In this document: one piece after another, positions 1 through 11,600 of the stretch
Numbering within the stretch: the stretch's first letter is position 1
Layout: every line of letters begins with the position of its first letter
Position numbers and translations under genes: made by a program
Notes under the pieces: model-generated
What the model was told of the DNA's origin: nothing
Seen by the model: the letters and a program-made list of their open reading frames with translations, nothing else
Databases searched by the model: none
Assembly: GCA_963777505.1 (NCBI GenBank)
Contig: CAVZQN010000004.1
Span: 160,001 to 224,000, forward strand
Length of the DNA stretch: 64,000 nucleotides
Direction of reading: 5' to 3'
Origin: an uncultured bacterium
GTDB lineage: Bacteria; Acidobacteriota; HRBIN11; JAKEFK01

Positions 1-1
1 T

Positions 2-1513
2 GATTTGATTAAATGGGGTGACGTGAGATGCGCAGTTGTCGAAGATACGGCTGCTATCGTTAAGGAAATTCCCGGAGATCTTTCGGATATTTCACTCGAA
101 GCACTTGTAGAACGAAGTCAAAAAAGTGTTTCAAGAGACCGGCTGAAAATCTTTCTTAAAGTTACGCAGCTGCTTTCATCACCAACAGCACTCGATGCCT
201 TAATGCAAATGATTCTGGATTTGTTATTCCAGATTATGTCTGTTGAACGTGCAGTCATATTACTTGTGAATGAAGAAACAGGAGAACTCGAACCGAGATA
301 TGCAAAGCATGCGGATCAGGCACGTAAGGACCGTTACAGTTCGACTGTTATTCAGTATGTAATGGAAAAACATGTCTCAGTGTTGTCATCCGATGCGACA
401 CAAGATGATCGGTTTGGCGCATCAAACTCAATTCACAATGAATCGATCCGTTCTACGATGTGTGTTCCGTTGAAGGTCCGCGATAAAATGCTCGGCGTAC
501 TTTACGCAGATAATCTTTCTGTGCCATATCAGTTTGCTGAACAGGAACTTGAATTTCTTGCAGGATTTGCAAATCAGGCTGCAGTCGCTCTGGAAAATTC
601 GCTGCTTTACACACATATTGAAGAGCAATCCAAAATGCGAGAAACGGAACTCTTGCGCCTGGTAGAAGAGCGAACTCGGAATTTATCAGAGGCACTGATT
701 GAGGCGGATCATGCGAGAAAAGAAGCCGAACGTCAGGCCGAAATTGCAGAACTTGCAATGGCCGGTGCCAAAGACGCGAACATGGCGAAAAGTCAGTTCC
801 TTGCAAATATCAGTCACGAACTTCGAACGCCTCTGAATGCCATCATCGGTTACAGCGAAATCCTGGAAGAAGAGGTAGATACTACGAATGAACTTGCAAC
901 AGACCTGAAGAAAATTAAAGCAGCAGCAAAACATTTGCTCGTGCTAATTAACGACATCCTGGATTTATCAAAAATTGAAGCCGGCAAAATGGACCTGAAT
1001 ATCGAAACTTTCAGATTACATAACCTGATGGATGATGTCGTTTCAACCATAAGACCTCTAGTGGAAAAACATCTGAATCAACTTCATGTTGATTGTTCTG
1101 AGGATGCCGGTTTCATGCGTGCAGATCTAACCCGTATCAGGCAAATTCTTTTGAATCTATTAAGTAATGCTTGTAAATTCACAGAAAATGGCGACATCTT
1201 TATCAGCGTTCATCGTGAGCCGAATGAAGCCGGAGATTGGATTATCTTTCGAGTTCGCGATACAGGGATCGGAATCAATGAAGAACAGCAAGGAAGGTTG
1301 TTTCAACCATTCACACAAGCGGATTCATCTACAACCCGTAAGTATGGTGGAACCGGTTTGGGGTTGGTGATCAGCCGGAGATTCTGTCAAATGATGAATG
1401 GTGATATCGGTGTTGAAAGTGAACCAGAAAAAGGCGCAACCTTTACAGTGCGTCTACCGGCACAAGTCCAGGAACAAGAAACCGAGGCTTCAGCTTCTCT
1501 TCGATTGAGTTAG
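2..1513 (+). CDS. GAF-domain sensor histidine kinase (HisKA + HATPase_c), 5'-partial, probably preceded by an FHA domain
   Basis: H-box ANISHELRTPL, N-box NLLSNACKFT, G1 DTGIG, G2 GGTGLGL. GAF segment RSTMCVPL...LGVLYADN. The frame is open from base 2 (DLIKWGDV resembles an FHA C-terminus). Confidence 0.9.
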   Translation, partial: DLIKWGDVRCAVVEDTAAIVKEIPGDLSDISLEALVERSQKSVSRDRLKIFLKVTQLLSSPTALDALMQMILDLLFQIMSVERAVILLVNEETGELEPRYAKHADQARKDRYSSTVIQYVMEKHVSVLSSDATQDDRFGASNSIHNESIRSTMCVPLKVRDKMLGVLYADNLSVPYQFAEQELEFLAGFANQAAVALENSLLYTHIEEQSKMRETELLRLVEERTRNLSEALIEADHARKEAERQAEIAELAMAGAKDANMAKSQFLANISHELRTPLNAIIGYSEILEEEVDTTNELATDLKKIKAAAKHLLVLINDILDLSKIEAGKMDLNIETFRLHNLMDDVVSTIRPLVEKHLNQLHVDCSEDAGFMRADLTRIRQILLNLLSNACKFTENGDIFISVHREPNEAGDWIIFRVRDTGIGINEEQQGRLFQPFTQADSSTTRKYGGTGLGLVISRRFCQMMNGDIGVESEPEKGATFTVRLPAQVQEQETEASASLRLS

Positions 1514-1564
1514 ATAACGCGCCCCATTCCTCCTTCCCCAATAAAGGCGACAAACTTATAGCGA

Positions 1565-2929
1565 TCACTTTATTCTGTAAACCTTCTGTTTTTGATACGA
1601 GATGCAGTATACTTGCGGCCTTTTGCTCGGGCCATATTCTTTTTCGCAATCTCCAACTATTTTCGAATCAATCGTCCAATCATGATACAAAAGATGAATA
1701 GTAGAAGAAAAAACAACTTCATCAAAGAAATCAGGACCTGAATCGAAAAGGAGCAGACTATTTTTTCGCGGCTTCAACGGTTGCATAAGATGAACCAACC
1801 GTTTAACCTGATTCCCCTCTCGTAAATACGCATCTTCTTTTAGCCGTTTCACGTGTATGTTGTGCCATGAATATGCTGTAAACAAAACGATTAGAAATAA
1901 ATAGAGAAAAACTTTCCTTCCTCGATTGTCTGATAAATACACTTCTGTGCTTTTGTAGAGTTCCGCAACATAGACGCATATACCAAACAATGGAACGTAA
2001 AGAAAGAAATCCTGGCGATGTGTGGCAAGAAATAGTACAGGAGCAAGCGCCGCACAAAAGCATGCATAACCAAACTGAAGTGACTTGTTTTTCGTTAATA
2101 CTGCGATGATTGCTGCAAAAACCGCTACCAGCCAGCCGACATTACTTTCTTCTGGGTTTTGAACAATCGTATTCCAGTAAAACAGAATGTTGACGCCCAG
2201 TGAGTGAAAGTCCAACGCGTAAGCATGACCTTTTGCAGTTAAGATTCCCGCTATTATCTTTGGTAGACCCAAAACGAATGCGATCGCAAAAAAGGGAATC
2301 AGCTTCTTAATATTCCATCGGGAGGTCATTAACAGCTCGTAGAATAAGAGAAGGAAGGGTAAAGCGAATGCCATTTCCTTTGTTCTGCAAGCAAAGAAGA
2401 AGGAAACAAGCGATAGCGCAAAAAGGATGCTGAACGTCTTGTTTGCCTTCACGTATAAGAGAAATGAAAGGAACATCAAAGTGCCGCACAATACATCAAA
2501 TATTGAACTGAACTTCCAATAGGCAGGGATTGCGGCAGGATGAAATGCAAACAGAATTCCACCTAAAAATGCTGCAAATGATCTCTTCGTGAAATCGCGA
2601 ATCAGAAGGAAGACGATCGTGGTGTTAAATAAATGCAGTATGGATGTTGCAAGATGATATTTTGAGAAGTCGATGCCAAATAACTTGTAGCACAAATTGT
2701 AAAAAAGGGCTCCTGCCGGCCTGTAAGTATGAATCGTTGCATTGGTCAGAGGGTTGAATGTGTCTATCAGAAATTGAACGGGAGACTTTATGTGTCCCCA
2801 CGACAAATTATGGAGATCATGCATGTCGAAGTAATATCCAAATGCTTTAAAGGTCAGTGTGAAGAAGTAGACGGAAGCGACAGCTATAAAGAATATGAGT
2901 TCGGCTTGTTCATGCCGCTGCGATTTCAT
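1565..2929 (-). CDS. Polytopic membrane protein, GT-C (glycosyltransferase family 39/ArnT-like) type
   Basis: 454 aa with about 10 hydrophobic segments. N-terminal loop YYFDMHD...TYRP and RTKEMA motif. Paralogous to 7119..8567. Confidence 0.65.
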   Translation of the reverse strand: MKSQRHEQAELIFFIAVASVYFFTLTFKAFGYYFDMHDLHNLSWGHIKSPVQFLIDTFNPLTNATIHTYRPAGALFYNLCYKLFGIDFSKYHLATSILHLFNTTIVFLLIRDFTKRSFAAFLGGILFAFHPAAIPAYWKFSSIFDVLCGTLMFLSFLLYVKANKTFSILFALSLVSFFFACRTKEMAFALPFLLLFYELLMTSRWNIKKLIPFFAIAFVLGLPKIIAGILTAKGHAYALDFHSLGVNILFYWNTIVQNPEESNVGWLVAVFAAIIAVLTKNKSLQFGYACFCAALAPVLFLATHRQDFFLYVPLFGICVYVAELYKSTEVYLSDNRGRKVFLYLFLIVLFTAYSWHNIHVKRLKEDAYLREGNQVKRLVHLMQPLKPRKNSLLLFDSGPDFFDEVVFSSTIHLLYHDWTIDSKIVGDCEKEYGPSKRPQVYCISYQKQKVYRIK

Positions 2930-2969
2930 CGATGATTTAGCCTATGAGTGACACACAAGATTATAATAG

Positions 2970-5570
2970 ATGGGGCATGTCGAAATTTCCCAAATCCAAA
3001 TGAGGGATAATTTCAGGTTAAGCGAAGTAAATAGATTCCAGGTACTAATCCCGCTCGCGTTTTTCATCCTTCTTTTCGTTTCGTTATATTTCTACTTGCC
3101 ATTGATGTTTCAGGTTCCGACTCGGGCACCATCCATCTATTATTTTCGGACTTTCATGCTTCCCCTAGCATTAGTTCACATTGCAAGTTGCATTTGTCTC
3201 GCGCTTCTTCTTCCCGGGAAAGTATCCAGAATGTTTGTATTCTGGCTGGTTTCTTTGTTATTGGTCTTAATCTTCGGAGGTGTTTCGCACCTTCTAGCAT
3301 TCTTATTATTTTTGATTCTTGCATTATGTTTGTTCGAATTTGGTGCGGCGGTTACCAGAAGTTTTCTTGGGGAAGAGCAGCAACAGTTCGGGCTTTCACT
3401 AGGGATCGGTATTCTTTCCTTATCTTTGCTTAGTTCCTATTTGTCTTCTTTCAAATTGCTTCACTTCAACAGTCTGCTTCTGATTTTCATCGCGATTTGG
3501 ATTTTTCTTTTGTTGACGAAACAAATCGTCTTTGTTCAACGCCTCAAGAATCTGAAGGAAGAGCTCCAAGCGAACTGGAATATTTCTACAATCATCGCGA
3601 TCGAGGGCTTATTTCTATTATGTGCTTATATGATTGTTGACTGCACTGCGCCAGAGAATGCTTCCGATTCGGCCAGATTTTACTGGCCTTACATAAAACT
3701 TCTAAAACATAATTCCGGTTTTTTTCATAATCCCTATCAATGGAGCTATGTAGTTCCTCAAGCCTGCTTGACGTACGTAGGATCTATTTATGTTTTATTT
3801 GGAGCGATCGTTGTGCGATGGTCGATGTTTCTTGTATGGATCACACTGATCGCTCTCATTGTCCGTGGAAAAGTGAACGCCGAACTTGGGTTGAAGGTCA
3901 GTGTCGCAATTGTACTTGGATCTTTACCCCTTCTATTAAGACCCTCCACCACACTTATGAACGATTCATTTGTTTGTCTGGTTATTCTGGTACTTTGCAT
4001 AGTGTGTATTGAAAACAAAGTTTATGAAACTCGGAGATTGTACTTTGCAATTGGCGTAATCTCAGGATTGGCATGGGCTACTAAATTCTCAACTCCCTTG
4101 TACACAGCGCCTGCAATGGTTTATGTGTTGTGTCGTTCAATAAAGGTGACTGGTTGGTTCCAGACAATCAAAAGGTTCTCAATTTTAGTTGTGGGTCTGC
4201 TTTTGGGTTGTGCTCCATGGTTATGGAATTTACAGCAGCAAACTAAAAATCCGTTCTTTCCCTTGTTTTCTTCCTTCTTTTACTCCGATCTTTGGCCATC
4301 AGGAATTGATTTTGGAAATCTAGAGAACTTTAAACTTCCTGATGGCCTCAGAGGCTTGTTGCTTTGGCCGATCGAATTGACCTACAACACTCATTCGTAT
4401 GTTGAAGGTTTTGATGGAGAACTCGGATTGATTCTGCCTTTCCTGTTTCTCTTGCTGATCCCTGCAATCAATAAAATGAATTCTTCTGCAAAGTTGTTTG
4501 TATTATTTGGGATTACTGGCACCCTCATACTTTGGACTAAAACGATTTACATCCGTTATTGGTTGCCAGGCTTGTGTTTGTTAACTGCCGCGGCCGTTCC
4601 TGCAGCCGTTTCTCTTTTTCGCAAAAACATTCGCTGGAAAGTTAGTTTTTGTGTTGTTTCGATGTTTATTTGTTTCGCACAGATTCCATTTGAGATGTTA
4701 ATGTCATTCACAGATCCGCTTGGTTTTCCAACCGATGTTTATTCGGGCAAAATTTCGGAAGAACAATACATAGAACGTTCATATCCCGGTTTTCAAAAAT
4801 TCCAAAAACACCTTTCCGCCGCGAACGAAAAATTTCCTCGAATGTGGTTTACAGATTATGAAGGCGCAGGCCATATGAATGTTGAACCGATGGAAGCTGC
4901 TCTATGGGAGTTGCGTCGCCATGGAATCAATCATCCACGGGATTTGATTCAGTATCTTCATTCAAAGGAATGCAAATATTGGGTTGTTAACAAGGCAGGC
5001 GGTCAAGCAGCTTGGTTTCAGTTGCTTGGACTCAGTCCGTTTTTATGGCTTTCAGGAAACGAAATAGATTCAAAAGGAAATAATACTTTATACAAAATGG
5101 CAACGCAGGAAGAAGCACTTCATCTTTATGATAGTCGAGCAAATTCAGCTACGGAGTTGTTGATTAACGGCGGGTTTGAAAAGAATGGTTATCCAGTGAA
5201 GAAGCATTGGCTCTTTGAAGGAGATACCGAATGGGATGATCAAGAGCCAGCTATTAAACTTCCTCCAGGATCCGCTCTATCGCAAACGATTCCGCTCCCA
5301 CCTTCTTTGAACAAGATTTTGATAACAATCAAATCGCAAACAAAGTCGTCACCTGAAGAGGCAAAATTTTCTGTTGCCGTTTTGTGGAAAAAGCATGGCA
5401 CTGGCACTTTTCATCAGGATAAATCGGTATTTATTGCAAGTCATTCCTTCCAAGTTGATGAGATGCTAGCGGCGGTTCCATCAAAAGCAGCCTGGGTTGA
5501 ACTTTACATTTCCAATGCTGCGGACAGTCAGGAAATTATGATCAATGAAGTGCATGTTATTTCGCAGTAG
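2970..5570 (+). CDS. Large membrane protein, GT-C-like, with C-terminal soluble carbohydrate-binding-like domain
   Basis: 866 aa with many TM helices. SDSARFY loop, LAWATK, NPFFP and RYWLP motifs typical of ArnT/PMT-like proteins. C-terminal ELLINGGFE resembles the start of a CBM_4_9-like jelly roll. Start could be 3000. Confidence 0.6.
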   Translation: MGHVEISQIQMRDNFRLSEVNRFQVLIPLAFFILLFVSLYFYLPLMFQVPTRAPSIYYFRTFMLPLALVHIASCICLALLLPGKVSRMFVFWLVSLLLVLIFGGVSHLLAFLLFLILALCLFEFGAAVTRSFLGEEQQQFGLSLGIGILSLSLLSSYLSSFKLLHFNSLLLIFIAIWIFLLLTKQIVFVQRLKNLKEELQANWNISTIIAIEGLFLLCAYMIVDCTAPENASDSARFYWPYIKLLKHNSGFFHNPYQWSYVVPQACLTYVGSIYVLFGAIVVRWSMFLVWITLIALIVRGKVNAELGLKVSVAIVLGSLPLLLRPSTTLMNDSFVCLVILVLCIVCIENKVYETRRLYFAIGVISGLAWATKFSTPLYTAPAMVYVLCRSIKVTGWFQTIKRFSILVVGLLLGCAPWLWNLQQQTKNPFFPLFSSFFYSDLWPSGIDFGNLENFKLPDGLRGLLLWPIELTYNTHSYVEGFDGELGLILPFLFLLLIPAINKMNSSAKLFVLFGITGTLILWTKTIYIRYWLPGLCLLTAAAVPAAVSLFRKNIRWKVSFCVVSMFICFAQIPFEMLMSFTDPLGFPTDVYSGKISEEQYIERSYPGFQKFQKHLSAANEKFPRMWFTDYEGAGHMNVEPMEAALWELRRHGINHPRDLIQYLHSKECKYWVVNKAGGQAAWFQLLGLSPFLWLSGNEIDSKGNNTLYKMATQEEALHLYDSRANSATELLINGGFEKNGYPVKKHWLFEGDTEWDDQEPAIKLPPGSALSQTIPLPPSLNKILITIKSQTKSSPEEAKFSVAVLWKKHGTGTFHQDKSVFIASHSFQVDEMLAAVPSKAAWVELYISNAADSQEIMINEVHVISQ

Positions 5571-5575
5571 AGAAA

Positions 5576-6574
5576 TCATTCGGCTGAAGACCATTCTGTT
5601 TCAAACATTGCGTTTAGCAACTTGAGGTTCTCATCCAGAGTTGGATAGTGCTTCTTATCACCTTTAATGACGTGTGAAATCAGCCGATACGCGATTTCGA
5701 TATAACCTTCGAGCCAACCCATACCGTGATAAGGATCCTGTTTGGAGCCAAAGTGACTGTCATGACGCGCGAGAATTGAACGGTTGCGTCCTTCACCAAG
5801 AAGAATTTCATCAGCCGTTAAGAATTCCCACTTCGCGTATTTTTTAGACCCGATTATGTTTATTTCAAAATGGTTTGGAGAGCCATGAACTGTTTTTGAG
5901 ATTGAGCCGAATGCGCCGCGTTCTTTTGAGAAATTCACAGCGATTTGAACGTGGGAATCTCGGTGTGAAGCCGCTGCATTTTTGAAGGATCGCCAACCGT
6001 GAATGTTTGGATTGAATGCGCCATACAGGAAGCAAACTGCATCGAGCCAATGAATGCCAAGATCCAGATACGTATCATATTCTCCCGACAATCGGACATC
6101 GTCTTTCCAGCTCTGCGATAATTGATCCGCTGATAACAGCGCGCGCTCTGCAAGAGAAGGATGCCAGTAACGTCCTTCGATTGTTATTAGCTCTCCAAAT
6201 TCTTTCCTCTCAATCATTCCTTTCAATTGTTGAAGGCCCCACGTTTGTCTGTAAACCTGCAAAATGGCCGTTGGTGTTTGTACATTTTGAAGTTTTTTGA
6301 GTTGTTCCATATTTACACAAGCGGGTTTTTCACAGAGGATTGCGTCAAATCCTGCTTGATCGGCATCATGAATTGCATCTGCATGCAGCCCGTGTGGATT
6401 TGCAACACACAATAATGCATGCTTATATTTCTTCCGTTCATCCGCAAGTGCAGCTCCTCGTTTCAGCCAAATAGGATCTTGAATGCTTAATTCAGGATGC
6501 AAAATATTTACAACAGCTAAACTCTTTGCGATCGCTTTGCCCGCCCGGCCAGTCCCAAGGATAAGAGGAGTCAT
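5576..6574 (-). CDS. Gfo/Idh/MocA family NAD(P)-dependent oxidoreductase
   Basis: Rossmann ILGTGRAG, CEKP motif, DLGIHWLD. ATG at 6574 has GGAGG 8 nt upstream. Confidence 0.85.
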   Translation of the reverse strand: MTPLILGTGRAGKAIAKSLAVVNILHPELSIQDPIWLKRGAALADERKKYKHALLCVANPHGLHADAIHDADQAGFDAILCEKPACVNMEQLKKLQNVQTPTAILQVYRQTWGLQQLKGMIERKEFGELITIEGRYWHPSLAERALLSADQLSQSWKDDVRLSGEYDTYLDLGIHWLDAVCFLYGAFNPNIHGWRSFKNAAASHRDSHVQIAVNFSKERGAFGSISKTVHGSPNHFEINIIGSKKYAKWEFLTADEILLGEGRNRSILARHDSHFGSKQDPYHGMGWLEGYIEIAYRLISHVIKGDKKHYPTLDENLKLLNAMFETEWSSAE

Positions 6575-6655
6575 TTGGAGAACCTCCATCGATTTCAATT
6601 AACTTAATTATAGGATTATACGGATGAATAGATTCTTGGATGATGGATTGGAGGA

Positions 6656-7111
6656 ATGATGGAATGGAAAATGAACCCAATTGGATTCATCCGATGCGCC
6701 TATATGGAAACATCGCAGATTCCAAAAGGTCTTGGAGCCGAACATAATGCTGAAGGAATTTTGGAAGTACTTTCCGAATATGAGGAAGGTCTTCTCGATA
6801 TTGAAGGATTTTCGCATCTTTTTGTGATCTGGATTTTTGATCGGTCAAAGCCTGCTGAACTGATTGGAACACCACCCAGTGATAACAAGCCGCATGGAGT
6901 CTTTGCGACGCGTTCACCATACAGGCCGAATCCTATCGGACTCACAACAGTGGAACTCATTGCGCGGGATGGAAACAAGCTTCGACTTCGTGGAATTGAC
7001 ATGCTTGATGGTACACCTGTGTTGGATGTCAAACCATATTTATCCAATGTTCCAAATGAAATTCTAAAACGCGGTTGGCTGGCTGAAGCAGAAAAGCGCA
7101 AAAAGATTTGA
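6656..7111 (+). CDS. tsaA: tRNA (N6-threonylcarbamoyladenosine(37)-N6)-methyltransferase TrmO/TsaA family (short form)
   Basis: PIGFI, GVFATRSPYRPNPIGL and DMLDGTPVLDVKPY signature motifs. GGAGG SD. Confidence 0.9.
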   Translation: MMEWKMNPIGFIRCAYMETSQIPKGLGAEHNAEGILEVLSEYEEGLLDIEGFSHLFVIWIFDRSKPAELIGTPPSDNKPHGVFATRSPYRPNPIGLTTVELIARDGNKLRLRGIDMLDGTPVLDVKPYLSNVPNEILKRGWLAEAEKRKKI

Positions 7112-7118
7112 AGTAGTC

Positions 7119-8567
7119 TTACTGTGGACGACTTACTTCTGATTGCTCATCGCTAATTGTTTGGTCTCTCCACACTTTCACTTTCCGATCTTTGAATGAA
7201 ATACAGAAAACATCAGTTTCTTTCAGAAGAGGTATATTTTTGTTGCAATCAGGAATCGATTGGGTTGTAACCGTGTAATCATGGAATAGAAGATGAAGGG
7301 CTGCGAATACGCCTGATTCAAACCTTAATGACCACGGCGCAGAATCGTAATAATAAACTGATTTTGGTCTCGGCTTATAAGGTGCGAGCATTTTTACGAA
7401 TTCACGGTTTTCCTTAGCGATGACTAAATATTTCTCCTCAATGCCCTTCTTTAATTCCCAATTCCGCTGAGAGTGCAGGATCAATAAAGCAATCACTACA
7501 ACATATAATTGTGGCAAGAATCTACCGCCCTTTCTTTTCATGACTTGTTGAATGCAGTAAAAAAGTTCAGCCGTATAAATAGATACTCCTATCAACGGGA
7601 TATACATGTGAAAATCCGCGCGCCGATGGGCTAGAGGTAATATTGGAAGGAGCGAAATAATGGTCAATGAATAACTAAAAGCAAGAGTCCTGCTTTTAAA
7701 AATGAATGGAAGAATGCCGAGTATCGCTAGCAAGAACAAACTCGCGAGCAAAGGAAAACCTGGCTCATAGAGTGCACTCTTAACAAAGTGATTCAGACCG
7801 CCGAGCAGAGAAGAGAAATCAAAATGCAATGAGTAGTCATGATTCGGATTTAATCGAAACGACGCTGACAGCTTTAGGCAACCCGTGATGATTGAAATCA
7901 CTAAAAACGGCCAGACATTTCGAAGAGTTTGTTTGAATGAACTCACAAACGATTCAGACCGGCGATTGACCAGGATTTCAAAAGCAACCAGAACCAGTGG
8001 AAAGGTTAAGGACATTTCCTTTGATCGAAGCGAAAACACAAAGCACAACAGTGAAGCAAGATACCACGAATCAAATTTACCGGAATGTTTTATATAAAAA
8101 AGAAATGAAAGGAGGAGGAATGCTGCAGCTAAAGAGTCAAAGGTTCCATAAAAATACCAATAGATGGGAAGTGCGGTTAGATGAAAAGTGAACAAGAATC
8201 CGCCTGCAAAAACGGCAAATTTCGAAGGAACGAGTTTGGCAATTAATAGGCATACACAGGCAATGTTAAAGAAATGAATCAGCGTTGCGACTAAGTGATA
8301 CGGTAAAAAATTAAGGGCGAAGAGCTTGTAGCAGATGTTATGTAACAGAGATCCAAAAGGACGGTAGAAGCTTGTCTGCTTGAAATGGTTGAAATCGAAT
8401 GTGTCAATAATGAAAGCACTAACCGGAAACTGATGAAGCCATGAAAGTGTGTCGAGATCATCAAAATAAAAGTAATTATTAAACGACTTGTAAGTGAAGA
8501 GGAAATAAAATGCGGAGACAAAAACCGAAAAAATCGCAACTTCTTTCTTAGAAATTTTGTTTTGCAT
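7119..8567 (-). CDS. Polytopic membrane protein, GT-C type; paralog of 1565..2929
   Basis: FYFDDLD...FYRP and RSKEMS motifs, about 11 TM segments. Aligns by eye with 1565..2929 end to end. Confidence 0.65.
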   Translation of the reverse strand: MQNKISKKEVAIFSVFVSAFYFLFTYKSFNNYFYFDDLDTLSWLHQFPVSAFIIDTFDFNHFKQTSFYRPFGSLLHNICYKLFALNFLPYHLVATLIHFFNIACVCLLIAKLVPSKFAVFAGGFLFTFHLTALPIYWYFYGTFDSLAAAFLLLSFLFYIKHSGKFDSWYLASLLCFVFSLRSKEMSLTFPLVLVAFEILVNRRSESFVSSFKQTLRNVWPFLVISIITGCLKLSASFRLNPNHDYSLHFDFSSLLGGLNHFVKSALYEPGFPLLASLFLLAILGILPFIFKSRTLAFSYSLTIISLLPILPLAHRRADFHMYIPLIGVSIYTAELFYCIQQVMKRKGGRFLPQLYVVVIALLILHSQRNWELKKGIEEKYLVIAKENREFVKMLAPYKPRPKSVYYYDSAPWSLRFESGVFAALHLLFHDYTVTTQSIPDCNKNIPLLKETDVFCISFKDRKVKVWRDQTISDEQSEVSRPQ

Positions 8568-8642
8568 TTATTTCATAGACAAGTCTGAAGCAATCACAAA
8601 GTTGACCAGTCTGAAGAATAACGGTGGTGTTGAGCGAGTAAA

Positions 8643-11600
8643 TCACAGAAAGGAAGCGTATTCGCGCTTTAGGTTTTGGTTCATCTCAAGTGCTTTTTGA
8701 ATCGATTCGCGTGAAGCCGTCTGTGAATCTTTGTTTGTTTCTTTTTTGTGCCGGTACAATACGCCACGGATCGCATATCCTTCTGCGAGTGCGGGATTAA
8801 TCGATAAAGCCGTTTGAATTGACTTGAAACCTTCATCGAGAAGCGAATCAACCTTAGCTCCGTTTGAAACGCTTGCTTCCCAGCTGCAAAGTTCAGCGAG
8901 ACCCAAATACGTATATGGATTGTTGGGATTCAGTTTGATGGAAGTTTCAAATGCGTTACGTGCTTTTTGAAATTCGACTTTTGCAGATTTATTTCTTCGA
9001 ATTAGGTCACGGCCTTCAAGTGTAAATAATTCGCCTAATCTCTGATGGTAGTAGTTGTCAGGCGCTTCTAATTCTGCAGCTTTCTTCATTGCAGCTTTAG
9101 CTTCCGTAAGAGATAAGGATGCTTTTTCTGTTCCCCAATGAATTTCTGCAGAGAGCATGTGGGTAAGAGCCATGTCGATTTGATATCCAGGATCATCCTT
9201 TTTGATTCGGAATCCTTCATTTAATTGTTTCAAGGATTCATCTATGTAGGATGTCTTTGATTGACCTTTTGAAAATTCATATCTTGCAAGAATTCGGTAT
9301 ACCTCGGCAAGATTTGATCGAGGTGTGGCATATTCTGGATTGATCTGGATTGACTTGTTCAGAACCGCTGTCGCATTTTGCGAAGCAGCGCGAGGATCGC
9401 CGCCGCTTCGGAGTTCTTCGTTCGCTTGAATCTTGTAAGAATTTCCGAGATTGTTGTAGGCATAGGCGTCATCAGGTTTCAATTCGATTGCCTTTTTGTA
9501 ATTGTGAATGGCGAGATTCAAGTGTTCACGAAAATTAAGGCCGCGACCTATTTCGTATTGTGCAAGGTCTTTGTAGGTAACACCTAGATTGCTGTAAATG
9601 TATGCGAATTTAGGATTGATTTTGATGCCTCTTTCAAAAACTTTTATCGCTTCGTTGTAATCCGTTCGGGGATCATTACCTGATTTCCGTTTGTAGTCAC
9701 CCGAAATTGCATGCGTATTTCCAAGGCTGTTGTAGACTGCGAAGTCTTCAGAATTTATTTTTAAGGCAGTGGAATAGCTATCAATTGCGAGATTTAAGGC
9801 TGGTACCGGATCTTCATTTCGAAACTCTAAACGGTTTCCCATCAATTGATAGGCGGTTCCGAGATTTTTGTATGCAAGTGCATCTAAAGGATCCAATTTG
9901 GCGGCAGTCTGTGCCAAAGAAACTGCATCATTCAGAGCTGGTGTTGGATCCTGCCCATGCTGCCGCTGATATTCGGCCCAAAGCCAATGAGCATTTGACA
10001 GTCGAGTGTAAAGACTTGCACGTTCAGGGTCCGCTTTTAAGGCTTGTCCACATGAAATTTTTGCTTTGTCGAGACTTCCTTGCAGATTTTCACCCGAGGA
10101 ATAAATGTGCGTATACATGACATTCGTCCACAAGCTGCACAAGCCAGTATAGGCTTCTACATCGCTTTCACCGATTTTGGACGCTTCCAGAAATGCGGCC
10201 TCTACTTTTTTGTAGGCATCCATTGCGCCGGAAGCATTTCCTGATCCTCGCCGATCATTTCCAATCGACATGTAAATATCACCTTCAAGAAGTTTTGCTT
10301 CATAAAGCCATGGAATCTTTTTTAATGCTGCAGCAGATTTCGCGAGAGCTTGATCAAAGCGCTTTTCATAAAAATCGATTAATCCTTCAGCATATTCTGG
10401 TGCAGCTGTTTGAGCTGCATTGCTCAAGCGCAAATAACTAACAGCAGGGATTCTGTATTTCTTTTCTATTTCTTTCCGCCGTGCCTCGCGTACTTCCTTA
10501 TTACGGATCGTTTCCACGTTATCAAGTTCTTTCTGATACAACTTTCCATACGACAATCCAAGCGCATAAGCAACTTCGGGCTCACGGTAATTTGCGTCCC
10601 ATGATTTTGTAAGGTATTTGGAAGCAAGAACAGGATCATTCAGCGATAGGTAACCGCGCCCTATCGCATAGTTGCCGGGTCCCTGAGCTGCCGTACCTAG
10701 CTTTTTCATTTGTGATTGAATTTCGCGAATATTTGAACGGATCAATTCTTTTTCACGCCTCGTGTCGTGCAGTGGAATTGTGTGACCGATCCGCATGATT
10801 GCATCCATTCGTTCGACTTGTTGACCGAAGCGTTGCGCAAGCAGTTGCTGTTGCCTTGCATGCAGCTGCATCCGAATTCCATGACCACCCAACATCAACA
10901 CCGCGATCACAGCGAGCGAACTAACCGCAACAAGCGTTCGATGCTTTTTTACTTTTTTCGAAATTCGATATGCAATGCTGGCCTTTCGAGCGACAACGGC
11001 TTCACCATTCAAATAATGCTGTAAATCATCACCTAGAGCCCGCGCGGATTCATATCTACGTTCCGGCTCTTTCTCTAAACACTTCATTACAATTGTTTCA
11101 AGGTCAGCCGGAATGTTTTGCATAACTTTGCGAATGGTTTGCGGCTCTTCTTCAAGAAGTTTCCGCAAAATTTCCATTGTGCTGTTGGCCGCGAACGGTG
11201 GAGTGCCGGAAAGCAACTCATACAGGGTTGCGCCGAAACTATAAATGTCTACACGCCTATCAAGCTTTTGTACTTCACCCCATGCTTGTTCAGGCGCCAT
11301 ATAACCAGGAGTTCCAACGATTGCTGTGCCCGTTAAAGTGAAAGCGTCGGATTGGATTTCTCGTACTAACCCAAAATCCAGGATGTACGGACGAAAACTT
11401 CCATCGTCTCTACGTTCCACCATGATATTTCCAGGTTTGATATCGCGGTGAATTAAGCCAAGACGATGTGCTGCGTGCAAACCTTCAGCAGCATCCTTCA
11501 TCAGTTTCACTTTTTGATCCATCGTCATTTCTGACGAAATTTGGCTGAGTGTTTTGCCATCAATGAATTGCATCGCAATATACTGGCGGCCTTCGACTTC

